This document shows positions 29,386 through 39,468 of a DNA stretch of 64,000 bases, piece after piece. The translations under genes and the position numbers were made by a program. Under the pieces are notes generated by a model, which saw nothing but the letters and a program-made list of their open reading frames with translations, had not been told where the DNA came from and did not search any database. The DNA is taken from IMG/VR virus record IMGVR_UViG_3300002026_000029, positions 1-64,000 of that record, one strand, 5' to 3'. How positions within the stretch are numbered: position 1 is the first letter of the stretch; every line of letters begins with the position of its first letter. This DNA is from a virus.

Positions 29386-29595
29386 CTAACTGTGTTTAGT
29401 AAGATTTAATCTACTAAATAACCAGTCTACGTAGTACCCTTTTAAAATCTTCTCATTAGCACGAGAGATTCTACGGTGTAGTAATTCATACTGGCGTAGG
29501 ATAGCATTACGTGACGTTAGTGGTGTAGGTGTAGTAGTAGTATCAGCGATACCACCGTCCGCAATGTCGTCATCTAAAATAACGTTAGTGTTCAT
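29386..29595 (-). CDS. Hypothetical protein
   Basis: Co-oriented ORF overlapping the upstream stop; start MNTNVIL preferred. Confidence 0.5.
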   Translation of the reverse strand: MNTNVILDDDIADGGIADTTTTPTPLTSRNAILRQYELLHRRISRANEKILKGYYVDWLFSRLNLTKHS

Positions 29596-30073
29596 TTTGT
29601 TCCTTAATTGCTGGACGTTCATCCAAGATTTTTTGTAATTTTACTTCAGGACCAGTCCAGTCTATAGGCTTTAACTGTTTACCAAGTTCGTCTTTAGGTC
29701 CACCAATTTTAGCCATGTTGCAGGTAGCCACAACATCGAAGCCTCTTTCAATCTGGTCTACTGATAAACGCATCTTAGCCAGCTTACCAATGTTAAACCA
29801 TACACCATCAATAGCTTTATCAAATTCAGCTACTTCAGATGGCATTTTGAGATTACGTTGCTCCATACCTTGTCTAATTTGGTTGAGAAAGCTTAATGCA
29901 ACCATACGTGCTGTTGCTTTATGAGCGTTTACATCCTCTGGGTTGTTGAATACTTCCTCAAAGCCTTCTAAGGCTTCTTCGATGATGTATGCAGTCTCTA
30001 AGAAGCTATCCATACCTTTACCAAGTAGGCCAGCTTCTTCATTGAACTTGTAGATATCTGATACTATTCGCAT
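29585..30073 (-). CDS. MazG-like (PRA-PH type) nucleotide pyrophosphohydrolase
   Basis: YIIEEALE...AEFDKAIDGVWF..G...VATCNMAK...DELGKQLKP..W.GPE. Confidence 0.75.
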   Translation of the reverse strand: MRIVSDIYKFNEEAGLLGKGMDSFLETAYIIEEALEGFEEVFNNPEDVNAHKATARMVALSFLNQIRQGMEQRNLKMPSEVAEFDKAIDGVWFNIGKLAKMRLSVDQIERGFDVVATCNMAKIGGPKDELGKQLKPIDWTGPEVKLQKILDERPAIKEQNEH

Positions 30074-30366
30074 TTTTTAGCACTTAATGTATTAAACAAC
30101 GATATTACTTGTGTAAGTGTTAATAGTTCTTGTGCATCATCTAAATCAATGTCACCAGTTAGAAGTTTATCTAATGTAGTGTGTATAATAAACTCTAACT
30201 TCTCTGTTATTGTACCTTCTAGTACTAGATCTTCTGATACAGTATCTATATGATTATCACTAGCCGCATCTGTGTTTAGGCGCTCAGTGTTGAATAGTTT
30301 TGATAGCAACTCTCTAAAGGCTACGTCTGATTTTGTTTGTGTTTCTTTGAATGCCATTATAGTCAT
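30064..30366 (-). CDS. Hypothetical protein
   Basis: 100-aa co-oriented ORF in operon. Confidence 0.55.
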   Translation of the reverse strand: MTIMAFKETQTKSDVAFRELLSKLFNTERLNTDAASDNHIDTVSEDLVLEGTITEKLEFIIHTTLDKLLTGDIDLDDAQELLTLTQVISLFNTLSAKKCE

Positions 30367-30371
30367 TCTCC

Positions 30372-30698
30372 TTATTCAAATAGTCGATCAAACCTAGCAA
30401 ATATATCACTAGGTTGTTGGGAAGCAGTAGTATTACCATTAGCAGTGCTAGTGGTAGGTGACTCACCTTCCAAGATTTGTAATTTAATTGGATACCATAT
30501 AAGGTATAAGCTGATTAGTGTTGAACCGGCGGTAGCACTTACTACTCCTAGTATAGTCCCACCGAAAAATATGTTTAGTATGAACAGTAGACCTAAGTCT
30601 ACAACTACATCTATATAATTTCCACGGTTCCACTTTATCCGTACTATAATAAACTGAAAGAGTACGGCTAGTCCTAGAAGTACTACCATTATTCCCAT
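30372..30698 (-). CDS. Small membrane protein
   Basis: Three hydrophobic segments in the first 70 aa. Confidence 0.6.
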   Translation of the reverse strand: MGIMVVLLGLAVLFQFIIVRIKWNRGNYIDVVVDLGLLFILNIFFGGTILGVVSATAGSTLISLYLIWYPIKLQILEGESPTTSTANGNTTASQQPSDIFARFDRLFE

Positions 30699-32080
30699 TA
30701 GTCTACCTTAGCAAAGAGTTTCTCTGCATACTCAGCGAAATCAGAACGTACAACTCTGTTGAGTGGTACTACATGTCTATTTATCTTATCGCCTGTTTTA
30801 GTTGCACAATCATGTAGGATCACACTTAAGCCATTAGTAAACTTAGTCATGTTAGGATTGTCAATTTGTTTGTTTGAACCGATTAGTATAACCTTACAGT
30901 TCTTACCTATACGTGTCAATGCTTTTTGTAGTGATGGTTTTGATGCATTCTGAACTTCATCATAGATGAATATTGCATCTTTGAATGTGCGTCCACGCAT
31001 ACCAAGTCCAGTCATTGGTGTTATATGATAATCTTTAACCATCTTTTCAATATGTTCTGCTACCTTATCCTCAAAATCTATACCAACTACTTTACCTGCT
31101 TTAGGGTCTTTAAAGCGGGCTCTAGCAATATAGTCTAGTGAGTCATAGAGTGGATGAAAGTAAATAGCATTCTTTTCTTCTGCGGTTCCTGGTAGAAATC
31201 CGACTTCCTCAATAGCCTCTACATCGTTGATTGATGATCTGACATAGATGATTGATGTGTATGGTGTTGTTTTGTCTTTTATGAGCTGTATGGCACTTGA
31301 TAAACTTACTAAAGTTTTACCTGAACCAGCCAAGGCTTCACAAACTACTAAATCAATTGAAGGATCTAGTATTACTTTTGTGAGTAGAAGTTGATCAGCA
31401 CCTTGTGGATTAACATCTTGTTTTCTAAGGCGGTCTTCAGTTTCTTTACCTAGAATAGTTATAGTTTCATTGTCTATAGTAGCTAGTTTGATATGGTCAC
31501 TATCTGGCGTTGTAAACTTGTAGTTATAGTGTTCAATCAAATGGGACGGGTCAATGTCAATAATGCTTTTACCATGGAGAGCACGAAATGTTGCATCATC
31601 AACTTCTAGTGTACGTGTAAATTCATAGTCTACCTTGTCTACTACTTTAAAGTCAGTAACTTTTAGACCAACAGCTAGCCCTCTGAATCTTACCATGGCG
31701 TCATTAGACATTACTATGGTTTCTCCGCCCAAAATACCACTAGTGGCAACTGCCAGTATTTTTTGATCATTTTTACTATCTGAAGATGTGTCAATGTTAT
31801 AGTGTAGTAAGCTGACTACTTTAATAGCAATACCTTCTAAAGCTAATGTAGTAACTGTGCCTAATTTTGATGTTACTGTTTCCACTACAGTAGCTTTTGC
31901 TAGCAATCTGCTAATAGCTCTAGATTGAAAGGCCAGCTCATTGAGTCCACTTTTCTTCGAGTCTAACTCTTCCAGTACTGTCTCTGGCAAGACTATTGTA
32001 ACATCTTCTCGCCTTCCTAGTATTAGTAAATTATTATGGTCTAATAATAATATATTTGTATCTAACAATAAGTTATACAT
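30698..32080 (-). CDS. phoH: PhoH-family ATPase with N-terminal PIN domain
   Basis: LLDTNILL...VLEELD (PIN); ALAGSGKT, GFLPG, MRGRTF, DEVQN, LTRIG, GSNKQID, RSDFA. Confidence 0.9.
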   Translation of the reverse strand: MYNLLLDTNILLLDHNNLLILGRREDVTIVLPETVLEELDSKKSGLNELAFQSRAISRLLAKATVVETVTSKLGTVTTLALEGIAIKVVSLLHYNIDTSSDSKNDQKILAVATSGILGGETIVMSNDAMVRFRGLAVGLKVTDFKVVDKVDYEFTRTLEVDDATFRALHGKSIIDIDPSHLIEHYNYKFTTPDSDHIKLATIDNETITILGKETEDRLRKQDVNPQGADQLLLTKVILDPSIDLVVCEALAGSGKTLVSLSSAIQLIKDKTTPYTSIIYVRSSINDVEAIEEVGFLPGTAEEKNAIYFHPLYDSLDYIARARFKDPKAGKVVGIDFEDKVAEHIEKMVKDYHITPMTGLGMRGRTFKDAIFIYDEVQNASKPSLQKALTRIGKNCKVILIGSNKQIDNPNMTKFTNGLSVILHDCATKTGDKINRHVVPLNRVVRSDFAEYAEKLFAKVD

Positions 32081-32090
32081 TATACTCCTT

Positions 32091-32300
32091 TTAAGTATCT
32101 AAACAAAGTATATCTTCACTAAATAGTTCAGTATTTCCACTACTAAGTAATGGTGCTCCTGTGTATTTAAATTCCTTATACTTAGTTAATATTTCTTTTT
32201 CTTTAGCTCGGCACTCACTTCCGACTTCATAGTACCATACTTTTATAACTTTTAATTGGGTAAACAATCTTAAACTAAAATTAATTAAGTACGTGTCATT
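32091..32300 (-). pseudogene. Remnant C-terminus of a GIY-YIG/T5orf172-like homing endonuclease
   Basis: EKEILTKYKEFKYTG...SGNTELFSEDILCLD tail. The natural ATG gives only MTRT*, and the N-terminal catalytic part is missing. Confidence 0.45.
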
Positions 32301-32907
32301 ATTTTCCCTTTTTACTTGCAACAATAGCTTCTAAGCCTTCAATATCACCTAGTTCACGAGCTTTCCAGCGAGCTAAAAGCTCTGCTTTGCCCATCCATAG
32401 GTCTTTACCTGCTATTACTAATTCCATCTCATGTGTAGTTAAAAACCCATCATAGATTTCTGCAAATGCTTTGTTAAGTTCTGCATCAGTAAAGTCCATC
32501 TGGGCCTTCATTTCGTGCCCTTTACCTTGTGCTCCGCCACTGTAGTTGTGAATCATAAATTGAACATAATCAGCTACTTCAATTGTAGCACAACTCATAG
32601 TGATTATAGTTGCCACTGATGCCACAGTACCTGATAGTTTAGCGTTAACTGCTGCTTTAGTATTACGCAAAGCGTCTACTATCATAAATCCTGAGTCAAC
32701 ATATCCTCCACCATTATTAATAATTAAATTACATGTATCACCTTCGTAAGCAGTGCGTAGTGTGTGACATAGTTTATTGTATTCACTTGGAGCTTCAATT
32801 TGGTCTGTTAGATATACATCTGTATGACGACCAGTGGTAATAATAGGGACGTAATCATCCCAGACAGACATCTTTGGAGGTAATTGTGGTACTTGCATTT
32901 CAAACAT
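32299..32907 (-). CDS. ClpP-like serine protease
   Basis: INNGGGYV, VASVATII (Ser), FMIHNYSGG (His), GKDLWM. Confidence 0.8.
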   Translation of the reverse strand: MFEMQVPQLPPKMSVWDDYVPIITTGRHTDVYLTDQIEAPSEYNKLCHTLRTAYEGDTCNLIINNGGGYVDSGFMIVDALRNTKAAVNAKLSGTVASVATIITMSCATIEVADYVQFMIHNYSGGAQGKGHEMKAQMDFTDAELNKAFAEIYDGFLTTHEMELVIAGKDLWMGKAELLARWKARELGDIEGLEAIVASKKGK

Positions 32908-32916
32908 ATAGTTCCT

Positions 32917-33174
32917 TTAAAGTTGTGATGGTGTGCCATAGACTCCAGTTAGTTGTGCAATACGCTCTTGGCATACGTGTATAATTTTTTGGTAGTCTAG
33001 TTTGCGAGAGTCCCCTTCTTTTGTGCGTAGAACTCTTTTTATGATATCTGCATCCCAAGGATTTAAAGAGTATTCTCTCCAAATATCCCAAGGCTGTATT
33101 CTGTGTGTTGAGTAGTCAGATGCTCCAACGTGCATTTGTTTGTGTACTGGTATGTCATTCAATAGCTTCGCCAT
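32917..33174 (-). CDS. DUF3310 / T7 gp1.7-like nucleotide kinase domain protein
   Basis: VGASDY...IQPWDIW...LNPWDADIIKRVLR.K...DYQKIIH. Confidence 0.7.
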   Translation of the reverse strand: MAKLLNDIPVHKQMHVGASDYSTHRIQPWDIWREYSLNPWDADIIKRVLRTKEGDSRKLDYQKIIHVCQERIAQLTGVYGTPSQL

Positions 33175-34291
33175 TAGAGTCAACCTTTCTAAATATTATA
33201 CCAACTGGTTTAAGTGGGATACCATCAGCAGAGTATGTTTCAAACTCAACCTTTAACCACTTACCAATATAGCTATCAGCATTAGCTGCCATATCAAGAC
33301 GTTGCTCATTAGTACCTATAAGTTTAACCTTGAATTGTTTTAGCATAGTGTTTAGACCTGCAGTAGGTTTACCAGGAATTGGTATCCAAGAGCCATCTAC
33401 AGAACATCTGAAAACAGCATGGCCGTTCTTGTCTATGTCATAACCTATAACCTCAAACTCAAGATCAATAGGCATTTTGTACTTGAACACATCAAGACTT
33501 CTAGTGTTGTACTTGTATAGGCCAGTACGGTTACGTACTATTAAGCCCTCATAACCAACGGCTACAACATCATCATGTTGTTGAACTACATCGTCTTCAT
33601 CTTCTGCTATACCTACATTGATAGTTACTATAGTTTTTAACTTAAGTTCTGCAACTGATGGGTATAGTATTTTACAACGCTGTTCATAAGAGCCTTCAGC
33701 TGTTGGAAAGTCAAATATATGAAATACTAGAGATGGTGTAAGTTCATTTGGTTTAAGAGTAGCAGCCATAATGTCTTGTAAGTGCTGACCATGGCAGTAC
33801 ATCTCACCATTGATTGAGTGGCCATCTAAATGTTTAAGAAGCTTAATGGCTTCCTCACGTTGATGGGCTGGGACAGGATACTCTTCACCACCACGAGATA
33901 GAAGTTTAAGTTCACCTTCTACTAGACGATACTCACAGTTTACACCGTTGAGTTTTACACTAGTGAAACATGGATACTTGACTTTCTTCTTGTGGTCATG
34001 AAAGTTACTTACTTTCATTGGCAGCATAGCTGTAACAGGTGCGGTAGGAGAGGTAGAATAGTTAGTTTTACACTTCTTAGTCCATACAGCATTTGCTTCA
34101 ATAGTCGCTTGTTGCTGTGCTGATGTTTCGTTAGCCTTACCTATATTCTTTGGTGTGCATACAGTAGTTTTACTCTGTATCTTACCATTTAATTGCCCCC
34201 ATTCTACCGTATACTTATCATCAATAATAGTGATGTCAAATATTTGAATGGCTCCACTGGTAGCAGTTTTGAATAGTCTAGTTAATATCAT
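33155..34291 (-). CDS. ATP-dependent DNA ligase
   Basis: SVKLNGVN (motif I Lys), NGEMY, FHIFD, GYEGLIVR, FKYK, DGIPLKPV. ATG at 34291 has an RBS. Confidence 0.9.
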   Translation of the reverse strand: MILTRLFKTATSGAIQIFDITIIDDKYTVEWGQLNGKIQSKTTVCTPKNIGKANETSAQQQATIEANAVWTKKCKTNYSTSPTAPVTAMLPMKVSNFHDHKKKVKYPCFTSVKLNGVNCEYRLVEGELKLLSRGGEEYPVPAHQREEAIKLLKHLDGHSINGEMYCHGQHLQDIMAATLKPNELTPSLVFHIFDFPTAEGSYEQRCKILYPSVAELKLKTIVTINVGIAEDEDDVVQQHDDVVAVGYEGLIVRNRTGLYKYNTRSLDVFKYKMPIDLEFEVIGYDIDKNGHAVFRCSVDGSWIPIPGKPTAGLNTMLKQFKVKLIGTNEQRLDMAANADSYIGKWLKVEFETYSADGIPLKPVGIIFRKVDSNGEAIE

Positions 34292-34472
34292 TGGAATCCT
34301 TTTTGCGTACTTCAATTAGAAGTATTGATTGGTATGGTATGAAGATAATAATATCAGGAAAGCCAACTTCAGTACAGGTTATACCTGCACTTTCATACTC
34401 AACGTCAATAGAACGAACTACATCAATAGGTTTATGAGAATTGAGGTGAATTATGTATGAGTTTACTATCAT
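34278..34472 (-). CDS. Hypothetical protein
   Basis: ATGA overlap with the nrdB stop; 64 aa. Confidence 0.5.
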   Translation of the reverse strand: MIVNSYIIHLNSHKPIDVVRSIDVEYESAGITCTEVGFPDIIIFIPYQSILLIEVRKKDSNDIN

Positions 34473-35566
34473 GTCTGTACTTTGAATGAGGCCCAATCAT
34501 CTTCTGAAATGGCTTTGTTCAAAGAGCCTAGTAGGTAATTAACCCCATCGGCTTCATTAAGAGCTACTTGTAGATTACCAATATTTGTATATTTAGTAGC
34601 CCATGCACATGGGTTCATCTTTACTTCATCTACTACTAGATTTAAACCGATTGCTGTAGCTGCTTTGTATAAGTTATAACGTGCATACTCTTTAAGAATA
34701 TTAGCATTTAACCCCAATAACTTAGCATCACCATCAAATAAGTAGTCAATCCAAATCATATCAGCTTCTAATGCTGTACGATACATTGCACGGATTTCTT
34801 CTTTATTTGTTTCAAATATATGTCTCCACTCATCGTCTTTCTTTAGTCTATTGATTAAGTATTGAGTCATAACTTTGTGTTCTTGTTCATCTATACTAAT
34901 TTTAGATAAGGCTTTACAACTACTTTCCATCATTCCATTTTCTGCAAAAGCAAAGGTAGTAATGAATGAAGTTTGAAATAAACCAGCTTCCAAAATGTTT
35001 AAGGCATAAAGGGATAGTACTAAAGACTTTTTATGTGCTTCTAAATTGTAGTCTAATGTTGATAGTTCTCTCATGGCATTAAGCTTAACTGTATCATTGA
35101 ACTTAGAGATAATCATAGTAGCACGATCTAAGATATGTGGATTGATGATGATGTCGTCAAATATCTTTGTAGCATTAACAGGTAACGCCTTGATAATCTC
35201 AGCGTACGCATTTGAGTGAATATCTTCAAAGAACCCGTGTACAGTCCACCATGACTCTAAATGTGGGTTAGTAGTTATAGGTTTGAAGACTTCTAATACA
35301 GTACGGGTTGCAATTGAATCTAGTACTGTTTGGAACTTTAAGTTCTTTAAGAAAAGTTCTTGTAGTCCCTTTGGCATAGCATCAAAATCTTTAGCATCTT
35401 GATTGTAGCTAAAGTCATTTTTAAACCACATAAGACCTAAGGCCTTATCAGTACGCTTTTGTATCCACTGCTCTATATTGAGGTCTAGACGGGCTACGTT
35501 ACGACCAGAGCCAAAGAATAATGGCTCTTTAGTGAAGTCTATGTTTTCTGTTGTAAATATACTCAT
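34469..35566 (-). CDS. nrdB: Ribonucleotide reductase class Ia beta subunit
   Basis: NLKFQTVLDS, FEDIHSNAY (radical Tyr), NILEAGLFQTSF, IDEQEH. ATGA overlap with nrdA. Confidence 0.92.
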   Translation of the reverse strand: MSIFTTENIDFTKEPLFFGSGRNVARLDLNIEQWIQKRTDKALGLMWFKNDFSYNQDAKDFDAMPKGLQELFLKNLKFQTVLDSIATRTVLEVFKPITTNPHLESWWTVHGFFEDIHSNAYAEIIKALPVNATKIFDDIIINPHILDRATMIISKFNDTVKLNAMRELSTLDYNLEAHKKSLVLSLYALNILEAGLFQTSFITTFAFAENGMMESSCKALSKISIDEQEHKVMTQYLINRLKKDDEWRHIFETNKEEIRAMYRTALEADMIWIDYLFDGDAKLLGLNANILKEYARYNLYKAATAIGLNLVVDEVKMNPCAWATKYTNIGNLQVALNEADGVNYLLGSLNKAISEDDWASFKVQT

Positions 35567-37782
35567 ACCGCGCATCCTTCTCCACCGCATGATGTAGGCG
35601 TATCATCATCAGCTGATTTTGTATTGTTATAATATAATGTTTTAATACCATAATACTTAGCAAAGTATAGATCAGCGATTAGATCCTTTTGTGGGATTTT
35701 ATCTTCTGGGTATAGTTCTGGATTGTAGAATGTATTAGCACTGGTTGATTGGTCGATCCACTTTTGAGTAACAGCAACTTGGCGTAAGAAGTCTTTGGTA
35801 ATTGGTCTATCAAATGAACAATCGTAGTTCTGTGATAGTTTTATTGCCTCAGGAGCTACTTGCAACATTGTATTGGTCTTACTACCTTTTATGGTAAGAA
35901 GATTGCGGATTGGATCCAAGCTACTAGTTTGATTACCTACAATAGAGCTAGACTCAGATGGTGGCACCATTGAAAGTGCTGCATTGGCTAAGCCATGTGT
36001 TACTATTGATGTACGTAGAGATTCCCAATCTAGGGAAGTTGTAAACGGTACAAGTTCATCAACAGTTTTCTTATAGCGATCTATCGGTAAGATCCCTAAT
36101 GAATAAGTAGTCTTGTGAAATAGTGGTATAGGACCGAACTCTTTAGCTACATTGTTAGAAGCTGTTAGTAGGCCAAATTGGAAATGTTCCATCCATGTGT
36201 CGTGTAATTTAAGAGCAGCTGGAGAGCCGTAACGTACACCATTCTTAGCTAGATAGTAGGCGTGATTACTCATACCAATACCTAAGCTAGCATATTGATC
36301 TACGAACGCGTTAGCTGCAGCTGTAGGATGATTTTGACGCGTGATAATGTTGTTCAATCCACGAACTACTACATCAGTTAAATCTGGTAAGTCTTCTAAT
36401 GATACATCAGCTTGATTAATGTTTGTAAGAATACATACACCAATATCAGGTTCTAATGATAGAGTGCTTATAGGCTTAGTAGGTGATAAGAATTCTACAC
36501 AGATATTACTTTGTGTAATTGGTTCTGTATATGAGCAATTGGTATTAGCTTCATCAATGTTGAGGACATAGAATACACCATTCTCAAAGCGTTCAGTTGT
36601 GAATATGTCAAGTAGATCACGTGCTGGTATCTGTGACGAGTATAGACCAGCTGCCTCTAGTTTTTCATACAAGGCAGTAAACTCAGCTACTTTGTTACTA
36701 TTGAACAAAGTTATTAGTTCCTGGTGTTGACGTGGACTAAATAGGGAAATTAACGTACCAGCTTTAGCTCTGTCATAGACAAGTTGATTGAATTTAATCC
36801 CATGTTTTAGATCATTTATTCTTTTTACAACTTCAGTACGAGGTGACTTAATTGCTAGAATAGTTTCAATCTCAGGATCAAAGAAGTTTATATACGTAAC
36901 TGCTTGACCGCGTCTCCCCATTTGAGTGGATGTTTGTATATCAGCATCAATAGCACGCATCAGTGGTATTTTACCTGAATGACGTATGGCACCACCTTTT
37001 ACAGGATCGTTGATAGAGGCAACACTTGATATGTCAATTCCAATTCCAGCTCCAGCAACTGTATGCTTTATAATAGCAGATTTACCTGCTGTCCAAGAAT
37101 CAATTGAGTCACCTATGTTTATAGTTATGCAGGAGGCGTAGTCACAACTAGGAGTTCGTAGGGCTTTCATCATTGGAGTTGGTAGACTTATTTTAAATGT
37201 TGACAGAGCGTTATACACTTTTGTAATGTAGATATTACGGTTTTTGTAGTCTCTAAACATATCCATAGCAATAGCCATAAACATGTGTTGTGGTGATTCT
37301 ATACACCGTCCATTATCAAATATAGCATATTTGTCTAGGAGTTGATCTAATCCAGCATGTGAAAATAGTAAGTCACGTGAGTGGTCTATAATAGTTTCAA
37401 AATAGATAAACTCTTCTTCTGAGAAGTCTTGGTAGAGCTCTTTTCTGTATAGACCACTTAAGCAGTTAATTTTAACAGCATCTCTGAATACAATCGGATC
37501 TACAGCATTGAATGCGTTAGAGTACACTTCTTGTAACAGTAGATTTGCTGCAACATAGGAATAGTTAGGAGAACGTAAAGTTATCATGTCCTTTGCTGTT
37601 TTTATCATAACCTTGTGGATTATACTTGTAGGTATGCCATCGTAGAAATGCAATTTAGCAGCTAATGCTATTTCTGATACAGAAACTCCTGATAGGCCTT
37701 CTACAGCCCATTCTAGTGAGTTATGCACTTTATCTATATCTAGGGGCTCTAGTACACCATTTCGTTTTGTTACATGTATCAT
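35563..37782 (-). CDS. nrdA: Ribonucleotide reductase class Ia alpha subunit with ATP cone
   Basis: VTKRNG ATP cone, ISLPTP, ASC, QSNICVE, C-terminal CGGEGCAV Cys pair. Confidence 0.95.
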   Translation of the reverse strand: MIHVTKRNGVLEPLDIDKVHNSLEWAVEGLSGVSVSEIALAAKLHFYDGIPTSIIHKVMIKTAKDMITLRSPNYSYVAANLLLQEVYSNAFNAVDPIVFRDAVKINCLSGLYRKELYQDFSEEEFIYFETIIDHSRDLLFSHAGLDQLLDKYAIFDNGRCIESPQHMFMAIAMDMFRDYKNRNIYITKVYNALSTFKISLPTPMMKALRTPSCDYASCITINIGDSIDSWTAGKSAIIKHTVAGAGIGIDISSVASINDPVKGGAIRHSGKIPLMRAIDADIQTSTQMGRRGQAVTYINFFDPEIETILAIKSPRTEVVKRINDLKHGIKFNQLVYDRAKAGTLISLFSPRQHQELITLFNSNKVAEFTALYEKLEAAGLYSSQIPARDLLDIFTTERFENGVFYVLNIDEANTNCSYTEPITQSNICVEFLSPTKPISTLSLEPDIGVCILTNINQADVSLEDLPDLTDVVVRGLNNIITRQNHPTAAANAFVDQYASLGIGMSNHAYYLAKNGVRYGSPAALKLHDTWMEHFQFGLLTASNNVAKEFGPIPLFHKTTYSLGILPIDRYKKTVDELVPFTTSLDWESLRTSIVTHGLANAALSMVPPSESSSIVGNQTSSLDPIRNLLTIKGSKTNTMLQVAPEAIKLSQNYDCSFDRPITKDFLRQVAVTQKWIDQSTSANTFYNPELYPEDKIPQKDLIADLYFAKYYGIKTLYYNNTKSADDDTPTSCGGEGCAV

Positions 37783-37801
37783 ATAGTTCCTTTAGTATTA
37801 A

Positions 37802-37975
37802 CTAAGCTTTATCAGCTTCAACTAGTTCAGTACGCACTGCTGTGACACACTTTTTAATATCCCCTAGAAGTTTACGGATACGTCCACTTTCAGCCTTAGT
37901 AGGTTTGTTGTAGTATGCTTCCATACGGTTTGATACATCGTTGATTAGAGCTCTCATGTGTGTAAATTCGTTCAT
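37802..37975 (-). CDS. Small basic histone-H1-like (Hc1-type) protein, not in the ORF track
   Basis: 57 aa MNEFTHMRAL...KPTKAESGRIRKLLGDIKKCVTAVRTELVEADKA with AAGGA RBS. Confidence 0.55.
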   Translation of the reverse strand: MNEFTHMRALINDVSNRMEAYYNKPTKAESGRIRKLLGDIKKCVTAVRTELVEADKA

Positions 37976-38024
37976 ATATGAATCCTTATTTTGTGTGTTG
38001 TGTATTGTAGTGAAAATAAAGAGC

Positions 38025-38212
38025 GTACATCAGTAGTGTATTACTTCTGAGTAGAGGCCCGATGTGTAATGTAGTATAAGGCTATTTACCGTGATGTACT
38101 ACAATGGCAGGCTTATCCATTAGAGTCTCACTCTCCATGGAATAAGCCATGATATCCTAGTTTGCTGGTGATAAGTGTCACTGTTACTCTCAGTCTCCAG
38201 CCACCTGTAGTA
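38025..38212 (-). ncRNA. Putative structured RNA (multi-stem) in intergenic region
   Basis: Nested helices TACTACAGGTGGC/GCCATTGTAGTA, GCTGG/CCAGC, GGCTTAT-TCCAT/ATGGA-TAAGCC and GTACATCA/TGATGTAC. Confidence 0.4.
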
Positions 38213-38383
38213 TTATAGTCTTAGCATGACTTTACTGTAGCAACCCATCAAACTACAGTCTATATTTATATATTGGATACCAACTCTTTTAAGGTCATAC
38301 ATGGCTTGGACCACTAGTCTTATATACTTGTCAGTTACATCTGGATCTGTCTTCATTAGATCTGTTACTATTGTTTGTAGCAT
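38213..38383 (-). CDS. Hypothetical 56-aa protein, not in the ORF track
   Basis: MLQTIVTDLMKTD...; TAATG coupling to the RNA ligase stop. Confidence 0.4.
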   Translation of the reverse strand: MLQTIVTDLMKTDPDVTDKYIRLVVQAMYDLKRVGIQYINIDCSLMGCYSKVMLRL

Positions 38384-39468
38384 TAGTATTGCTTAATGCT
38401 ATCTAAGTAATATGTTTTAACAATGTTTGTCACATACTTTTTTAACTTATCAAACTCTACATTAGCTGCACTAATAGTATGGATTTCTTCTTTGACTACG
38501 TCATTGAGTACCCACCTTATTACTTCACCTATATGCTTTACTTCAGTAGCGTTAGTCTCACTAATAGCTTGATTAAGTCTCCACTCAGGTGTTATTTGAG
38601 AAGCTATTAAGTCAAGCTTAATCATTTCTTCTGAGGATAAAGGATCTTGTGTTTGAGGTGTTTTAGGCTTGCCACCATGGAGTAGGCCCTTAGCTTTTAG
38701 ACGATAAGTTGGATGATCACCGTGTGAAAGGCAGTATAAGTATACACCTTCACCTACATTATCTGGTTTGTTATGGTAGGTGGCGATAGGAGATGCTGCC
38801 TCTACTGTAGCTACTAACTCTTCAAGTTTAGTTACACATTGATCAGGATTGTTAAAGTCTAATACAATTGTGTAGTTTCTAAACGTAGTCATGTTATAGA
38901 TTGACACAAGTTTATCCTGTAAACTCATAGTTGATACAAGGCGAAATGAGTCGTCACTGTTATCAACGACACGTGCATACTTAAATATATATGCACCCTT
39001 TGGTGTACCTGAACAAGCAGCATTACCTTTTTGAATATTTTCCCCAGCCCACTCACAGTCAATGACTAATGTATGGGTCTGCAAATTCAGTGTGTGTAAG
39101 TTTACAAGTGCTGTTATGATGTGAATCCAGCTGCTTTCTGTTTTAGAGACAAAAGCTGCCATACCGTTTTGATCACCTAATATAGTTCGGATGTGATTAC
39201 GTCCTTGTACCCATAACTCACCGTTAGTGTAACATACAGCCATATTCTCACCATGGAGCTTCTCAGTTCCAGTGAATGTAAGAATAGGTAGTGTTACCTG
39301 GTATTCATTTAGTAAGATAATCTGCTCTTCTGTTGGAGGTAGTCCTAGCTCTGGATTATAACCAGCATATGCGTGTCTACCATGTTTGTCAGTATTACGT
39401 AGTACTTCACCATATAAATTAGAAAATGATTTAGTTTCTCCAAAATGGAGATGTCTACGCAAGCTCAT
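38383..39468 (-). CDS. RNA ligase (Rnl2-like nucleotidyltransferase)
   Basis: FTGTEKLHGEN (motif I), DCEWAGENIQKG, VGEGV, LKAKG. Confidence 0.8.
   Translation of the reverse strand: MSLRRHLHFGETKSFSNLYGEVLRNTDKHGRHAYAGYNPELGLPPTEEQIILLNEYQVTLPILTFTGTEKLHGENMAVCYTNGELWVQGRNHIRTILGDQNGMAAFVSKTESSWIHIITALVNLHTLNLQTHTLVIDCEWAGENIQKGNAACSGTPKGAYIFKYARVVDNSDDSFRLVSTMSLQDKLVSIYNMTTFRNYTIVLDFNNPDQCVTKLEELVATVEAASPIATYHNKPDNVGEGVYLYCLSHGDHPTYRLKAKGLLHGGKPKTPQTQDPLSSEEMIKLDLIASQITPEWRLNQAISETNATEVKHIGEVIRWVLNDVVKEEIHTISAANVEFDKLKKYVTNIVKTYYLDSIKQY

Noticed and set aside
32900-33091. 63-aa ORF overlapping the DUF3310 gene
   Set aside because: Alternate frame of a gene with recognisable motifs.
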